The notes: generated by a model from the letters alone, not told the origin. Numbered from the stretch's first letter, positions 19,097 to 28,987 are shown. The stretch is DNA of 64,000 nt from an uncultured virus (IMG/VR IMGVR_UViG_3300038423_000674) (IMGVR_UViG_3300038423_000674); one strand, 5' to 3'. Program-made: numbers and translations.

Positions 19097-19807
19097 ATAA
19101 GAAATGCAAGGATTTTCGCGCTGCTCATCGTGCTGTGTTTGGCCTTGGCGAGCGTAGTCAGTGCCTCTTCGATTGGTGCGAAACCGCTGCCCGGTCACGC
19201 CTCGCCTCCCGAGGTGTGCCTGTACTGCGGCAACTCTTTTTACTACGGCACCCACAACGTTGGGGTCATCAACCGTGACTATGCGGTTTCGAACTCGTTT
19301 TCCTTGGCCTTCCCGGGAACCGTGCTGGATATCGAGATTGCTTCTTGGGCGTACCTCGGCGACTCCATGACCTCGATTGGGTGGGGCATCGGCACCAGCC
19401 CCGGCAACGCCAACAAAGCCAGCGGTTTTTCCGCCACGACCGACTACTTTGAGTTCACCAACTATATCGGTTTCGACATCTATGTCAACGATTTCAGCAC
19501 GGGCCCGGTCGACCTGGATGCCGGAACATACTGGCTGACGCTCTACGACGCAACCACTAGCGTTCCCGGCGACCCCGCGCTCTGGGACATGAACAACGGC
19601 CCCTCGGCGGCGTGGTCGAGCGCGATCGGCTACGTCACGCCCGATGTCTGCCCATCCTTCTTCCCCGGTGGCGGCACCTGTTCCGATGCATTCGTGGTCC
19701 TCGGCAATCAGGGAGCCACGCCTGAACCGGGCAGCCTGCTGCTCCTTGGGTCGGGCCTGCTTGGGCTCGGCGGCGTGCTTTATCGGCAAGCAAAGAGAGA
19801 CGTCTAA
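19097..19807 (+). CDS. PEP-CTERM protein, apparent ATA start
   Basis: TPEPGSLLLLGSGLLGLGG..RQAKR; the signal peptide is complete only from ATA 19097. Confidence 0.8.
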   Translation: MRNARIFALLIVLCLALASVVSASSIGAKPLPGHASPPEVCLYCGNSFYYGTHNVGVINRDYAVSNSFSLAFPGTVLDIEIASWAYLGDSMTSIGWGIGTSPGNANKASGFSATTDYFEFTNYIGFDIYVNDFSTGPVDLDAGTYWLTLYDATTSVPGDPALWDMNNGPSAAWSSAIGYVTPDVCPSFFPGGGTCSDAFVVLGNQGATPEPGSLLLLGSGLLGLGGVLYRQAKRDV

Positions 19808-20001
19808 GGAAGGCAAGGAAGGTCGGCGGCGACCAAGTCCCGGCCTGGCCGCCGCCGCATTGTTGCCGCGTGCGGGGAACCCTGTCGTGGGTCTCCCCTG
19901 GTCCCGCGGCTGGAAGGGAAGCAAGAGCTCCCCTGTGTCAGGTCGGCCGGGACACCCTTCTGTTCAAGATATCGGTAGTCCGATAAGCCGCCGATGGCGT
20001 C

Positions 20002-21735
20002 CTATGGGAATGCCGTCGCCCAGGCGCTGATCCTGACGTTCATGGGGTTGGTGTTCTGGTTGTCCACGACGACGTCGATGCCGACCCCGGTCGGCACGTA
20101 CGTCCAGCTCTGTATCTGTATGGGGTTTATCGTGTTGGTCAGGTTGCCGCCCTCCCAGTCCTGGATCCTGGCCGCCCCTCCGGCATAGCCCGTTCCCTGG
20201 ATGCCGGGGCCCCCCAGCCGGAGGATGGCGACGTCCAGCGGGACGGTCAGCAGCACGTTCGAGTTCTGGTAGAAGGTGAGGACGCCGTCCATGGCCGCCA
20301 GCCTCAGGACGTCCCCGGGGCTAAGCACGACGGGGGGGCTCGCGGGGAGCGGGGTCGACGCGAGGATGGTCTGCGTTACCCCCGTGCGGTAGAAGATGTA
20401 GGCGGCGTCGTCGGTGGTGTCGACGTACGCCCCCAGGAACACGTCGTCATGGATGTGGAGCGCGGGGCCCATGATGCTGGCGTCGCCCACGGATGGGACC
20501 GCGAACTTGACCTGGGAGTACTGGTTGACGTTCCAAGGGACTCCCGCAAGGGCCTCGGCGTAGGCCATGCTGCAACAGGAGATGGTCGGGTCGAGCGATC
20601 CTACGCACGTCCCCCCGGCGTCGGAGGCGAACGTCCCGTACTGCACGGCCCAGTCCGCCAGCCCTCCCGTCAGCGGGTCGTCGTAGACCTGGTTCACAGG
20701 GACGGGTACGGGCTGCCCGGGGACGTGCGGCGGGTTGGCGATGAGGACTGAGTAGGCGTCGTCCAGGAACGGGGCGTCCCATGTGAGCCTGACGGTGGTC
20801 AGCCCGTTGGGCACCGTGGCTTCCGTGCGGGCGACCTTGATGGTCTGCATCGCGGGCCCGGTCGGCCCGGTCGGGCCGATGGGGCCATCGGAAGGACCGG
20901 TATAACCAGTATAGCCCGTCGGGCCGACGGGCCCGAGGGGGCTGAAGTTCACGACAAGCTGGTCGTTTTGGGACGGCAGGGTGCCCGACAGGTAGGACAC
21001 GGATATGTCGATGACGCCAGCCCCGAGGTAGACTACGCCCGTGGCCAGGAAGTTCAGGAAGCCGGGGACCAGGTTCGAATTTTCTTCGATCTCCACATAC
21101 CCGTTGTTCCACTGCAACAGGTAGAAAATCTGGTCGTTCGGGACGACGTCCCACTGGTACATGTAGAGGTGCGTCGCGAAGGCCGGGGAGGAGTTGTTCA
21201 GGCGCAATTCCCCTGCATTGTTCAGGCCCGCAGGGCCGGTGCCTGCGTCGAAGTAGTAGCGAAGCCCGCCCTTGTCGCCCTGCGACCCGACGAAGCCCGT
21301 TGGCCCAGTGAAGCCTGTGGGCCCGGTGGGTCCGGCGGAGCCTGGGAGTCCATCAGGACCAGTATAGCCGGTATATCCCGTGTAACCCGTCGGCCCCGTG
21401 GGACCGATGGGGCCGGTATAGCCGGTAGGGCCGGTATATCCTGTTGGACCGGTCGGGCCGGTATAGCCGGTGTAACCCGTAGGTCCTGTGTAGCCAGTCG
21501 GCCCGGTCGGGCCCTGGGCTCCCTCGGCGATTAGTCCCCACCAGGACGAGCCGGACGCGGGAACATTCCCCACGTTACCATTTTTCAGGGAAATCCAGGA
21601 GCCGTTGGCGTAGCTCACCGCATGGCCGAGGCTGTAGGCGACGGTGGGATTGTACGTCTTCACCCACGTGACGACGATGCCGTCGAGCGTGACGATGGAG
21701 CCGGACGAGGGGTCGATTATGCGGATGGTTCCCAT
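20002..21735 (-). CDS. collagen-like fibre/spike protein
   Basis: N-terminal CBM5/12-like repeat (YNPTVAY...[11 protein letters not shown]), two G-X-T triplet blocks, beta-rich C-terminal domain. Confidence 0.75.
   Translation of the reverse strand: MGTIRIIDPSSGSIVTLDGIVVTWVKTYNPTVAYSLGHAVSYANGSWISLKNGNVGNVPASGSSWWGLIAEGAQGPTGPTGYTGPTGYTGYTGPTGPTGYTGPTGYTGPIGPTGPTGYTGYTGYTGPDGLPGSAGPTGPTGFTGPTGFVGSQGDKGGLRYYFDAGTGPAGLNNAGELRLNNSSPAFATHLYMYQWDVVPNDQIFYLLQWNNGYVEIEENSNLVPGFLNFLATGVVYLGAGVIDISVSYLSGTLPSQNDQLVVNFSPLGPVGPTGYTGYTGPSDGPIGPTGPTGPAMQTIKVARTEATVPNGLTTVRLTWDAPFLDDAYSVLIANPPHVPGQPVPVPVNQVYDDPLTGGLADWAVQYGTFASDAGGTCVGSLDPTISCCSMAYAEALAGVPWNVNQYSQVKFAVPSVGDASIMGPALHIHDDVFLGAYVDTTDDAAYIFYRTGVTQTILASTPLPASPPVVLSPGDVLRLAAMDGVLTFYQNSNVLLTVPLDVAILRLGGPGIQGTGYAGGAARIQDWEGGNLTNTINPIQIQSWTYVPTGVGIDVVVDNQNTNPMNVRISAWATAFP
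21290..21520 (-). repeat. collagen-like 9-nt repeats encoding GPT/GYT (second, shorter block at about 20850-20940)
   Basis: [21 protein letters not shown]... read directly. Confidence 0.9.
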
Positions 21736-21807
21736 TCTACCCCTTGCTGCGGGGAGGGTTGTCTTTCCGGGCAACTTACCCAGACAAATGCGCCTTGACG
21801 CTTACCC

Positions 21808-22323
21808 TCAACGCCTGAACAACGCGATGATGCTTACCACCAGCGAGGCGACGCCGAAAAGGCCTACGATCACCATCATCAGCACCGTCAGGTTCGTCGA
21901 TGACCCCTTCTCCTTGGTGAGGTCGGAGGCGCTGGCGGCGGAACGGGACTCCCGCAAGCCCTCGACGTCCTTCTTGATCTGGTCCACCTTCTCCTCCATC
22001 GACTTGAACCGGGCGGCGGCCTCCTCGCGGGGAAGGAGGGTCGTCGCTTGGTCCCGGAGGGTTTCCCTGAATTCGTTCACCGAGTCGAAGCGCTTCTCCG
22101 TGGCGACCTCCGCCTTGACGACGGCATCCTTCGACGAGGCCAGGGCGAGCCCCGTCTTGGCGTCCATCGCCTCGAACCTTTCCTCGTAGCGCCTGTCGTT
22201 GCCCGTGATTTCCTTCTCGACGGCCTCGATCTTCGCCATCATCAGCTCCTGGAGGTCGTCGAGCTGGGACGTGACCTCCCGCAGGCCGGGCTCGTGCGTC
22301 CTTCCGTTGTTTCCGTTGGTCAT
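21808..22323 (-). CDS. coiled-coil protein with C-terminal membrane anchor
   Basis: Start MTNGNNGR; AVVKAEVATEKRFDSVNEFR; C-terminal TM helix. Confidence 0.7.
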   Translation of the reverse strand: MTNGNNGRTHEPGLREVTSQLDDLQELMMAKIEAVEKEITGNDRRYEERFEAMDAKTGLALASSKDAVVKAEVATEKRFDSVNEFRETLRDQATTLLPREEAAARFKSMEEKVDQIKKDVEGLRESRSAASASDLTKEKGSSTNLTVLMMVIVGLFGVASLVVSIIALFRR

Positions 22324-22370
22324 GGGTTCTTTTGCCTTTCGACTTGGGATTGACCGGGTCGTTGCGCCGC

Positions 22371-22814
22371 CTAAGTAATCTGTCCGAACAAATAGGCAAC
22401 GGTCTCGGTGCTCCCCCCTCCCGTCTTGACCACCCGTATGTAGTTCCAGACGAGGCAGGAAGGGCTCCACACGGCCTGCGTCCCATCGGCGCTGAACGCC
22501 ACGTCCGCCTCTTCCTCGACGTCTCCCGACACCGGCGGGGAGTAGCTTGCATGGACGGCCAGGTTTCCCGTGATCGGCACCCCCGAGATGCCCGAGGGTG
22601 CGTTGGGGACCAGGATGGGGGTGCTGTATCCCGACACGTAGTCGCTGGGCTGGTTGAGCAGGACGTTGGGGTTGTTCGAGACCTCGATCCAGGTGTCGGA
22701 GGCGGCCTCCAGCCCGACGATGTGGACGGACAATGCCGCGAAATTGTTGATGTCCCGCCACTTCCCGGAGAATTCCGCCTTCGAGTCGAAGATCACGTTG
22801 TTTGAAGTCTGCAT
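22371..22814 (-). CDS. putative virion protein
   Basis: 147 aa, beta-rich, ends YIRVVKTGG...YLFGQ. Confidence 0.6.
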   Translation of the reverse strand: MQTSNNVIFDSKAEFSGKWRDINNFAALSVHIVGLEAASDTWIEVSNNPNVLLNQPSDYVSGYSTPILVPNAPSGISGVPITGNLAVHASYSPPVSGDVEEEADVAFSADGTQAVWSPSCLVWNYIRVVKTGGGSTETVAYLFGQIT

Positions 22815-22827
22815 GTTGCCCTCTATC

Positions 22828-23050
22828 CTATGGAGGGGAAAGCAATGGAATCCCCTGTTCCTTCCAGTATTCGACCATGCTCGTCAGGCCCTTTGCTATC
22901 CCCCTCTTCACCTTGCTCTTGAGCAGCTTGGGGGGAACCTTTGGAGCACAAGTCCTCCAGGACCACCAGGGCCTCGTCACAAGCCTTGTCGATGCATGCC
23001 CCATTGTCTGTGCTTGCCGATGCCTTTACATCGGGATCATTTTCTACCAT
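22828..23050 (-). CDS. small hypothetical protein, probably frameshifted at a C6 run
   Basis: Genome-like codon usage continues in the +1 frame after 22930-22935. Confidence 0.35.
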
Positions 23051-23076
23051 CGAACTCGTTTCCTTCACGTCTCGCC

Positions 23077-23565
23077 CTACCCTTTCCCGTCGTCCTTTAT
23101 GGTGTCTATCAGGCGCTCCACCATTCGCTGAAACCCGTTCGTGATGAGGTTCTGCTGCGTGGCGACGACGGCGCTCTTCTCGGCGATGTCCTTCAGGATG
23201 TTGAACTGCGTGGTGCTCACCTCTTCCAGACGATTGAGGAGGCTCGCTATCTTCGCTTGATTCGCCGCAATGTCGAGCCCCACCTGGATGTGCCTTTCGA
23301 TGCTTTGCTTGAGCAACTCCACCTTCTCCGCAGCTTCCTTGGCACTCTTCGACAAATCCTGGATGGCCCGTGCCATGGCAACGTAGTCCTTGCCCGCCTG
23401 GATGACGGCGGCCTCGGCGTCCGTCGCCCGCTTCTCGGCCTTGGAGATGAATCCCCTGAGGTACCAGACAACTATGATGACTGCTGGCCATCCTATGGTA
23501 GGAAGCCACTTTAGCAGGAACTCGAAGGGTCCCGGCATGTCCGCGAACGCAAGGGGCAGCATCAT
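23077..23565 (-). CDS. N-terminal TM plus coiled-coil protein (holin-like)
   Basis: Single TM WLPTIGWPAVIIVVWYL followed by heptads; GGAAGGA RBS before ATG 23565. Confidence 0.55.
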   Translation of the reverse strand: MMLPLAFADMPGPFEFLLKWLPTIGWPAVIIVVWYLRGFISKAEKRATDAEAAVIQAGKDYVAMARAIQDLSKSAKEAAEKVELLKQSIERHIQVGLDIAANQAKIASLLNRLEEVSTTQFNILKDIAEKSAVVATQQNLITNGFQRMVERLIDTIKDDGKG

Positions 23566-23625
23566 GTTCAATCCTTCCAAGGAAAGTTGCACTCATATAT
23601 GGAACTCATAGCCTGAAATTGCCCC

Positions 23626-25641
23626 TCACCGCCTGCGGCGGCGGAACGGGTCCCTCACCACCACCGTGCCGGGGGTCATCATCAGCCCCCGCTGCAGCCT
23701 GTGCAGCCTCTCCAGCGTCTTGATCTCCGTCATGGCGAGGCTGTCGAGCGAGAGGAGGGGGGCGGCGGGCTTGGACATCTGCTCCTGGAGGGCGAGGCTG
23801 GCCCCGGCGGGGTCCTGGGCGAGCCCCCCCTCCTCCACGAGCCACTTCTGGGCGACGTACGCCACCTCCTGCACGGCGTCCGTCATGTCGTCCGTGGCCC
23901 CCTTCTCGGCCGGGGCCTGCACCCTGATCTGGTACTTCCCGACGAACTCCGCCTCCACAAGGCGGATCTCGTCCATGAACTTGGGGACGTACGGGAACCT
24001 GCACCTCCGGTTGTCCATGTAGCCCTTGAGGGCGAACGCCATCTGGGAATTGATGACGGTGGTGAGGTTGAGCAGCTCGATGTTGTATATCTGGTTGATC
24101 TCCAGGAGCTGGACGAGCGCCTGGCCGCCGTGCTGGTCGGTCGCCCCGCGGAAGCACGGCATCACCCTGTTGAGCGCCCGCAGCCACATCACGACGTCCT
24201 CCAGGGGGAGCGCCCGGTACCCCACGTACTTCACGACCCCCGGAATCTCCTCGACGCCCGGCCCGTCGAACCTCTCCCCCACCATCATGCGGTCGATGTA
24301 GTCGTAGACCAGCTCTATCGGGTTCTTGCCGCCCCGGTGCTCCAGGTGCCCGATGGCGACGCCCGTGGCGTTCTTCATCATGCCGAGGTCGACCCCCCAG
24401 AAGTAGTTGCGCCCGACGCACGACGGGACGAACCTCGTCAGGTTGAGCCTGGCGGTCTCGGGCCTCGGCACCGGCATCTCCCCCTCGGTGTACTGCACGT
24501 CCGTGCACGCCCGTATCTGCGCCTCCGTGACGTAGCTCTCGGAGGAGTCGAGGAACTGCCCCCCGTACTCCGCCTTGAACGTCATGGGGTTCTTCTCGTA
24601 CTCCCCGTGCAGGACCTTGGGGAGGACGAAGGGGTTCATCTCCGCCGTGCTGACCCTGAGGGTGAAGATGCCGCTGGCGTTCCCCTTGGTCATGGCCAGC
24701 TTGTGGAGGTCGTACATCTTGCCGACCTTCGTCCAGGGCGTCGAGATGGAGACGACCATGGAGTCCTGGTATTCCCTGTATTCCTCCGGCTGCAGCGCCC
24801 TCATCTGGTCGCCGCTTATCCACTCGCCGTTGGGCAGCTCGGCGTGGTGGAAGTTCAGGGTGCTGGGCGTGGCGGCGGCGTACACCTCGTCCGAGGACGA
24901 GCCCTTCTCCGACCGGAAGTGGGCGAACTCGTCGAGCGCCAGGAAGACGGACGACGGGCTGCGGACGCTGTTGGTGGTGCAGGGCAGGGACTCGCAGTTG
25001 ATCGTGGGGGTCACGTCCCTCTTGCCCCTGTCGGACTCCGTGACGAAGCCCAGCCAGGTCCCGCTGCTGGCCTTCAGGTAGGGGCTGAAGAACGGCGTGC
25101 GGTTCACGTCCTCGCGCAGCTTGTCGTACAGCCTTGTCGCCCCCGTGTCGTCCTGGGCCAGGAAGGTGAAGTCGATGGGGGAGCCGGGGACCAGCCCGAA
25201 GTAGTCCTGGGGGCTCTTGTGGTTGAGCAGGCAGTAGAGCTTGTAGGACGCGGTCGCCGACACCCACTGAGATTTTCCTCCCCGCCGGCCGGCGATGATG
25301 CACGCCTCGTTGTACCCCCGCTCGGGGATGTCCCTCCAGTCGCCCACGCTGCAGCGGCCCTCCTCGAAGAATATGTGGAGGGCCTCGACCTCCGTGACCG
25401 TCCTGATGAGCTTCTCGCGGAACACGTCGTAGAACGGCACCATCCCCATCTTGTAGTCCATGGGGATGCCGAAGACGCACTTGGTCAGGAGGCGCTGCAC
25501 GGGGAAGAGCTTGACGTTGAGCCCCTGCCGGGACTCGATGAAGTCTATGGCGTTGAGGATCTTGGGGGCGCTCTCGATGATGCCCTCGACCGCCTTCCCG
25601 AACACCGACTCCCGCTTGCTGAATCGCTCTCCCCTTGGCAT
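23626..25641 (-). CDS. terL: terminase large subunit
   Basis: Walker A IIAGRRGGKS, Walker B FLALDEFAHF, coupling motif ISTP, nuclease motifs WGVDLG and TDDMTDA. Confidence 0.9.
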   Translation of the reverse strand: MPRGERFSKRESVFGKAVEGIIESAPKILNAIDFIESRQGLNVKLFPVQRLLTKCVFGIPMDYKMGMVPFYDVFREKLIRTVTEVEALHIFFEEGRCSVGDWRDIPERGYNEACIIAGRRGGKSQWVSATASYKLYCLLNHKSPQDYFGLVPGSPIDFTFLAQDDTGATRLYDKLREDVNRTPFFSPYLKASSGTWLGFVTESDRGKRDVTPTINCESLPCTTNSVRSPSSVFLALDEFAHFRSEKGSSSDEVYAAATPSTLNFHHAELPNGEWISGDQMRALQPEEYREYQDSMVVSISTPWTKVGKMYDLHKLAMTKGNASGIFTLRVSTAEMNPFVLPKVLHGEYEKNPMTFKAEYGGQFLDSSESYVTEAQIRACTDVQYTEGEMPVPRPETARLNLTRFVPSCVGRNYFWGVDLGMMKNATGVAIGHLEHRGGKNPIELVYDYIDRMMVGERFDGPGVEEIPGVVKYVGYRALPLEDVVMWLRALNRVMPCFRGATDQHGGQALVQLLEINQIYNIELLNLTTVINSQMAFALKGYMDNRRCRFPYVPKFMDEIRLVEAEFVGKYQIRVQAPAEKGATDDMTDAVQEVAYVAQKWLVEEGGLAQDPAGASLALQEQMSKPAAPLLSLDSLAMTEIKTLERLHRLQRGLMMTPGTVVVRDPFRRRRR

Positions 25642-25669
25642 GGTTCTCCTGATAATGAAAGGGATAGCG

Positions 25670-25705
25670 GAATCCCTGGAAAAACGGGGCCATCGGAGGT
25701 ATAAT
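25670..25705 (+). promoter_or_regulatory. early-type promoter (variant copy)
   Basis: GAATCC starts 30 nt before TATAAT, the same spacing as in the other copies. Confidence 0.6.
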
Positions 25706-25721
25706 GCAGGCAGGAGGGCGC

Positions 25722-26024
25722 ATGGAGATCAGCGACGAAAAGCTGCAAGAGCTCATTGGCCAGTGGCACGAGGAGGGACGGGGGCAGTTCGAGGCATCCT
25801 ATCCCGGCCTGGACTACGACTCCCCTTCCTACCGGAAGCGGTTCGTCAGGAAGGCGAGGTACGTCTGCCTCGACGACGGGGACTCGGGGGCCTTCGTGGT
25901 GGACCAGACGGACGGGAACGTCTACCGGATCAAGTCGAAATACGGGGTCCCGAACCGCAAGAAGCTGGTCGGGAACATCGACGGCATCCGCGGAAGGCAG
26001 TTACACCGAAGTAGGTGGTGGTAG
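25722..26024 (+). CDS. hypothetical early protein
   Basis: AGGAGG RBS; AFVVDQTDGNVY. Confidence 0.7.
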   Translation: MEISDEKLQELIGQWHEEGRGQFEASYPGLDYDSPSYRKRFVRKARYVCLDDGDSGAFVVDQTDGNVYRIKSKYGVPNRKKLVGNIDGIRGRQLHRSRWW

Positions 26025-26630
26025 ATGGAAAGGGCGACGCATGTCGGGTCGTGCCAGTGCTGCGGCAGGGTGCAGAAGCTGCCGGGGGGCCTCCTCTCCA
26101 AGCACGGGTACAGCGTGGAGTGGGGCTTCTTCCAGGGCGTCTGCGTCGGGGCCGCGACCCTCCCATACGAGCAGTCCTGCGACCTCATCAAGGGATTCGT
26201 GGAGTCCGCCCGGAAGGGCAAGGCGGGCATAGAGGCGGACATCGACGCCCTGCTCCGCCCGGCCACGGAGCCCGTGGGCTGGTACCACGAGTACATACCC
26301 CGGCAGACGCGCGTCCGGGGAGGGTATTCCTGGCGCAGGGTAAGGCTCCTGCAGGAGGTCGTCCGCCTGCCCCACGGCGACGCGACGTTCCTGAAGTACG
26401 TCGGGCACGATGGCAAGGAAGAGCGGCTGCCGTACTACGGCACCGAGAGGGACCTGCTGGAGGTCGCCACGAGGATGAACGCCGACTACGTCGAAAACAA
26501 TCTCAGGCCCGCGATGAGGGAGCTGGAGCGCTACATCGTCTGGCAGCAACGGCGCATCGCCGACTGGAAGCCAAGGGAACTCCGGCCGGTCGAGGACCCG
26601 AAGGACGCCAGGGACGGGCGGTCGGGCTAG
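26025..26630 (+). CDS. hypothetical early protein with N-terminal Cys/His motif
   Basis: HVGSCQCCGR...HGY...GVC; abuts the previous gene. Confidence 0.7.
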   Translation: MERATHVGSCQCCGRVQKLPGGLLSKHGYSVEWGFFQGVCVGAATLPYEQSCDLIKGFVESARKGKAGIEADIDALLRPATEPVGWYHEYIPRQTRVRGGYSWRRVRLLQEVVRLPHGDATFLKYVGHDGKEERLPYYGTERDLLEVATRMNADYVENNLRPAMRELERYIVWQQRRIADWKPRELRPVEDPKDARDGRSG

Positions 26631-26829
26631 CGACCGCCCGGGTTGGCACGGCGGGTCCTGGCGTAGTCCACGAGCAGGAAGGCGGCGAACGTGAGGACGA
26701 CGAGGATGGCTGTCATGGGGCCTCCGAAGACATGCATGCAATCCAAGTGCCAAAGTTCTAGGGCCTGTTTTCAGCAAGTTGCAAAAGCACGAGGCTTTTT
26801 TAGATCATATCCTAATCATTCGGCGATGA

Positions 26830-27093
26830 ATGCCTAAGCAGGAGGACAACGTGGAGAACTTGGTGAAGAAGGTCGCAGACGGGATCATGGAGGAGATTGC
26901 GGAGAAGGCCAAGGCCAGGAAGGAGCGCCTGAGGGCGCTCAAGGCCGATGGCCCCTCCTGCTCCGTGCCGGGGCTGATGCACCCCATCCTCGGGACGACG
27001 GGGGACGTGGGATGCCATTCCATAGGGAGCGTGTGTCCGAGCTGCGGCATCTCGCTGAGCTCCCACGGCGATGCCGTCCCCAAGGAACCCTGA
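26830..27093 (+). CDS. hypothetical protein with Cys-rich C-terminus
   Basis: 87 aa; stop abuts the promoter repeat. Confidence 0.55.
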   Translation: MPKQEDNVENLVKKVADGIMEEIAEKAKARKERLRALKADGPSCSVPGLMHPILGTTGDVGCHSIGSVCPSCGISLSSHGDAVPKEP

Positions 27094-27094
27094 A

Positions 27095-27146
27095 GAATCC
27101 CCGGAAATTTCGTGTAGCCCGGTGTATACTATAGGCGGGAGGAAAC
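27095..27146 (+). promoter_or_regulatory. early-type promoter repeat plus RBS
   Basis: GAATCCCCGGAAATTTCGTGTAGCCCGGTGTATACTATAGGCGGGAGGAAAC; 41 bp are identical to 29976-30016. Confidence 0.8.
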
Positions 27147-27151
27147 GCAAA

Positions 27152-27715
27152 ATGGCAAAGGTATACGCACCACCCAAGGAAATCAGGGTCCCGGACTTCG
27201 ACCCCGAGAACTGGCAGAAGGCCGACAAAGAGTTCATCCAGAAGCTGAGGGACTACTGCCTTGCCAACGGCACGGGAGACCTCAGGGGCGAGGTCGTGTC
27301 GTTCCCCGTGGCGGACGGGGCGGCGTCCTACATGGTGTTCACGACCAAGCCCCTGGCCTTCATCCACATGCCGCTCGGCGACGCATGGCAGTTCCAGTAC
27401 GTCAACCGCCTGACCCTGGCGGACGTGAAGAAACAAGTCAAGCGCCGGAAGGCCCTGGACGAACTGTTCCGCGGGCCGCTCGACAAGGTCAAGGTGGGGG
27501 GACGCTACTTCCTGAGCACCCTCGGCGAAACGGAGGGGGCGTGGGTGGACGCGGAGAGCAAGTCGGACGAATACGTGACCGTGGTGGTGGTGGAGCCTGT
27601 GGGCGACCGGGCTGCCTACAAGCCCGGAGAAAAACACGAAGTCAACGCAAGCAACCTGTACGAAAAGAGGGAACATGCTTCCAGGGAATACAAGTCCAAG
27701 AAGGCCGGGGCCTAA
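27152..27715 (+). CDS. hypothetical early protein
   Basis: GGAGG RBS; FPVADGAASYMV. Confidence 0.75.
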   Translation: MAKVYAPPKEIRVPDFDPENWQKADKEFIQKLRDYCLANGTGDLRGEVVSFPVADGAASYMVFTTKPLAFIHMPLGDAWQFQYVNRLTLADVKKQVKRRKALDELFRGPLDKVKVGGRYFLSTLGETEGAWVDAESKSDEYVTVVVVEPVGDRAAYKPGEKHEVNASNLYEKREHASREYKSKKAGA

Positions 27716-28136
27716 GCTCCATCCGCTGTCGGTAAGGAATGTCCTGGTGAAGGCCGGGCTGCCGCAGACCAAGTACTACGCCTCCGGGCGGGTCCGCGGG
27801 TGGGGCCACAGCCACGAGGGCTTCAAGATCGTCGTGGAATACGGGAAGAGAAACATATGGAGGCAGTCGCGCAGCGACCGCCGCTACGGCAGGCCCGGCT
27901 ACCTCGCCCAGGTCAACGACACCTCGGCGGTCAAGGGAATCTCCGTCGAGTGGGTGTTCGGCGACTGGTTCAGGAGCGACCACGATGCGGAATGGCAGAG
28001 GCGGTTCGCCGAAATCGTGGCCGCCCTGGCCGCCGCTGGCTATACGGTGGAGGCAACAGAGGAGCCGCGATACCTGGGATTGAGGCATTTCATCCGCGTC
28101 GGCGTCCCCAGCGGGGATGCCCCGAAGAATCCCTAG
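27675..28136 (+). CDS. hypothetical early protein
   Basis: 153 aa; its TAG stop lies within the next promoter repeat. Confidence 0.6.
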   Translation: MLPGNTSPRRPGPKLHPLSVRNVLVKAGLPQTKYYASGRVRGWGHSHEGFKIVVEYGKRNIWRQSRSDRRYGRPGYLAQVNDTSAVKGISVEWVFGDWFRSDHDAEWQRRFAEIVAALAAAGYTVEATEEPRYLGLRHFIRVGVPSGDAPKNP

Positions 28137-28162
28137 AAATTTCGTGTATCCTCGTGTATAAT
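28127..28162 (+). promoter_or_regulatory. early-type promoter repeat
   Basis: GAATCCCTAGAAATTTCGTGTATCCTCGTGTATAAT. Confidence 0.8.
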
Positions 28163-28181
28163 GCATACGGGGACGGAATTC

Positions 28182-28565
28182 ATGGAAACCACGTTCAGCA
28201 CCGGAGCAGTGACGAGCCAGTCCCAGAGGTACACGGTGGGGCAGGTCGGGAGGCGCTCCATCGGGCGTCCCCATTGCGCCCTATGCGGGTGCGCCAGGGA
28301 GTTCGTCCGGGGAAGTGGGCTCTGCCAGCACCAGTGCTTCTGGTTCCTGACCGGATGGGTCGGGTACGACGCCACGAACGGCGATGTGGTCTTCACCGAC
28401 CACAGGGCACTCCCCCTGGCGAAGATGCACGGATGGGACCCCGCCACCCGCACCAAGTCCGCCAAGTCGTGGCCCAGAGTCGTGGCGGCGGCACAGAAAC
28501 TGGGGTGGAGCGGGGGCACGGACGCCCCGTCGCAGCCCACGTTCGTCGATGCGGAGGCATTGTGA
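28182..28565 (+). CDS. hypothetical protein with Cys cluster
   Basis: CALCG...LCQH; directly behind the promoter. Confidence 0.6.
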   Translation: METTFSTGAVTSQSQRYTVGQVGRRSIGRPHCALCGCAREFVRGSGLCQHQCFWFLTGWVGYDATNGDVVFTDHRALPLAKMHGWDPATRTKSAKSWPRVVAAAQKLGWSGGTDAPSQPTFVDAEAL

Positions 28566-28987
28566 GGGACTATCGAGAAAGACTCAAAAAAGTCATCCCG
28601 GCCTGTGAGGACGTTCCTCAAGCCAGGGGCAAGGTAGCGGAATTCCTGGTTGCCATAGACGGCAACGGAAAACTCATGCCTCCCGGAAGCAAGTATGATG
28701 TTCTGACGGAGGATGGAAGAAAGAGGGAGGTCAAAGGCGGAACATCCTCGCCGAACAGGCATACCGGAGCCTCGGCAGAATGGGACATACTCACCTTTGT
28801 TAGGACTGACATATTCGGACATCCGGAACTCGTGGCCGAAATCCCACGAGAGAAGCTAGTCCTTGCACACGCTCCCGCCATACAGACGCATCGAGACACC
28901 GTAAAAAATGGCGTCTCACTGATCAAGGAATTTGCCGACCCCGCTATGCTAAAACGGCTTCAACAGATTTATGCGGAGGCCCTCTGA
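28562..28987 (+). CDS. putative PD-(D/E)xK nuclease
   Basis: GTG start overlapping the upstream stop; GKVAE...YDVLTEDGRKREVKG; lower GC. Confidence 0.55.
   Translation: MRDYRERLKKVIPACEDVPQARGKVAEFLVAIDGNGKLMPPGSKYDVLTEDGRKREVKGGTSSPNRHTGASAEWDILTFVRTDIFGHPELVAEIPREKLVLAHAPAIQTHRDTVKNGVSLIKEFADPAMLKRLQQIYAEAL

Noticed and set aside
23606..25756. 716-aa (-) and 667-aa (+) ORFs over the terminase
   Set aside because: Off-frame R/G/P-rich or antisense shadows; unlike the intein HNH they have no domain motifs.
26627..26738. Tiny - strand hydrophobic ORF (MTAILVLTFAAFLLVDY)
   Set aside because: Too short to support without homologs or expression data.
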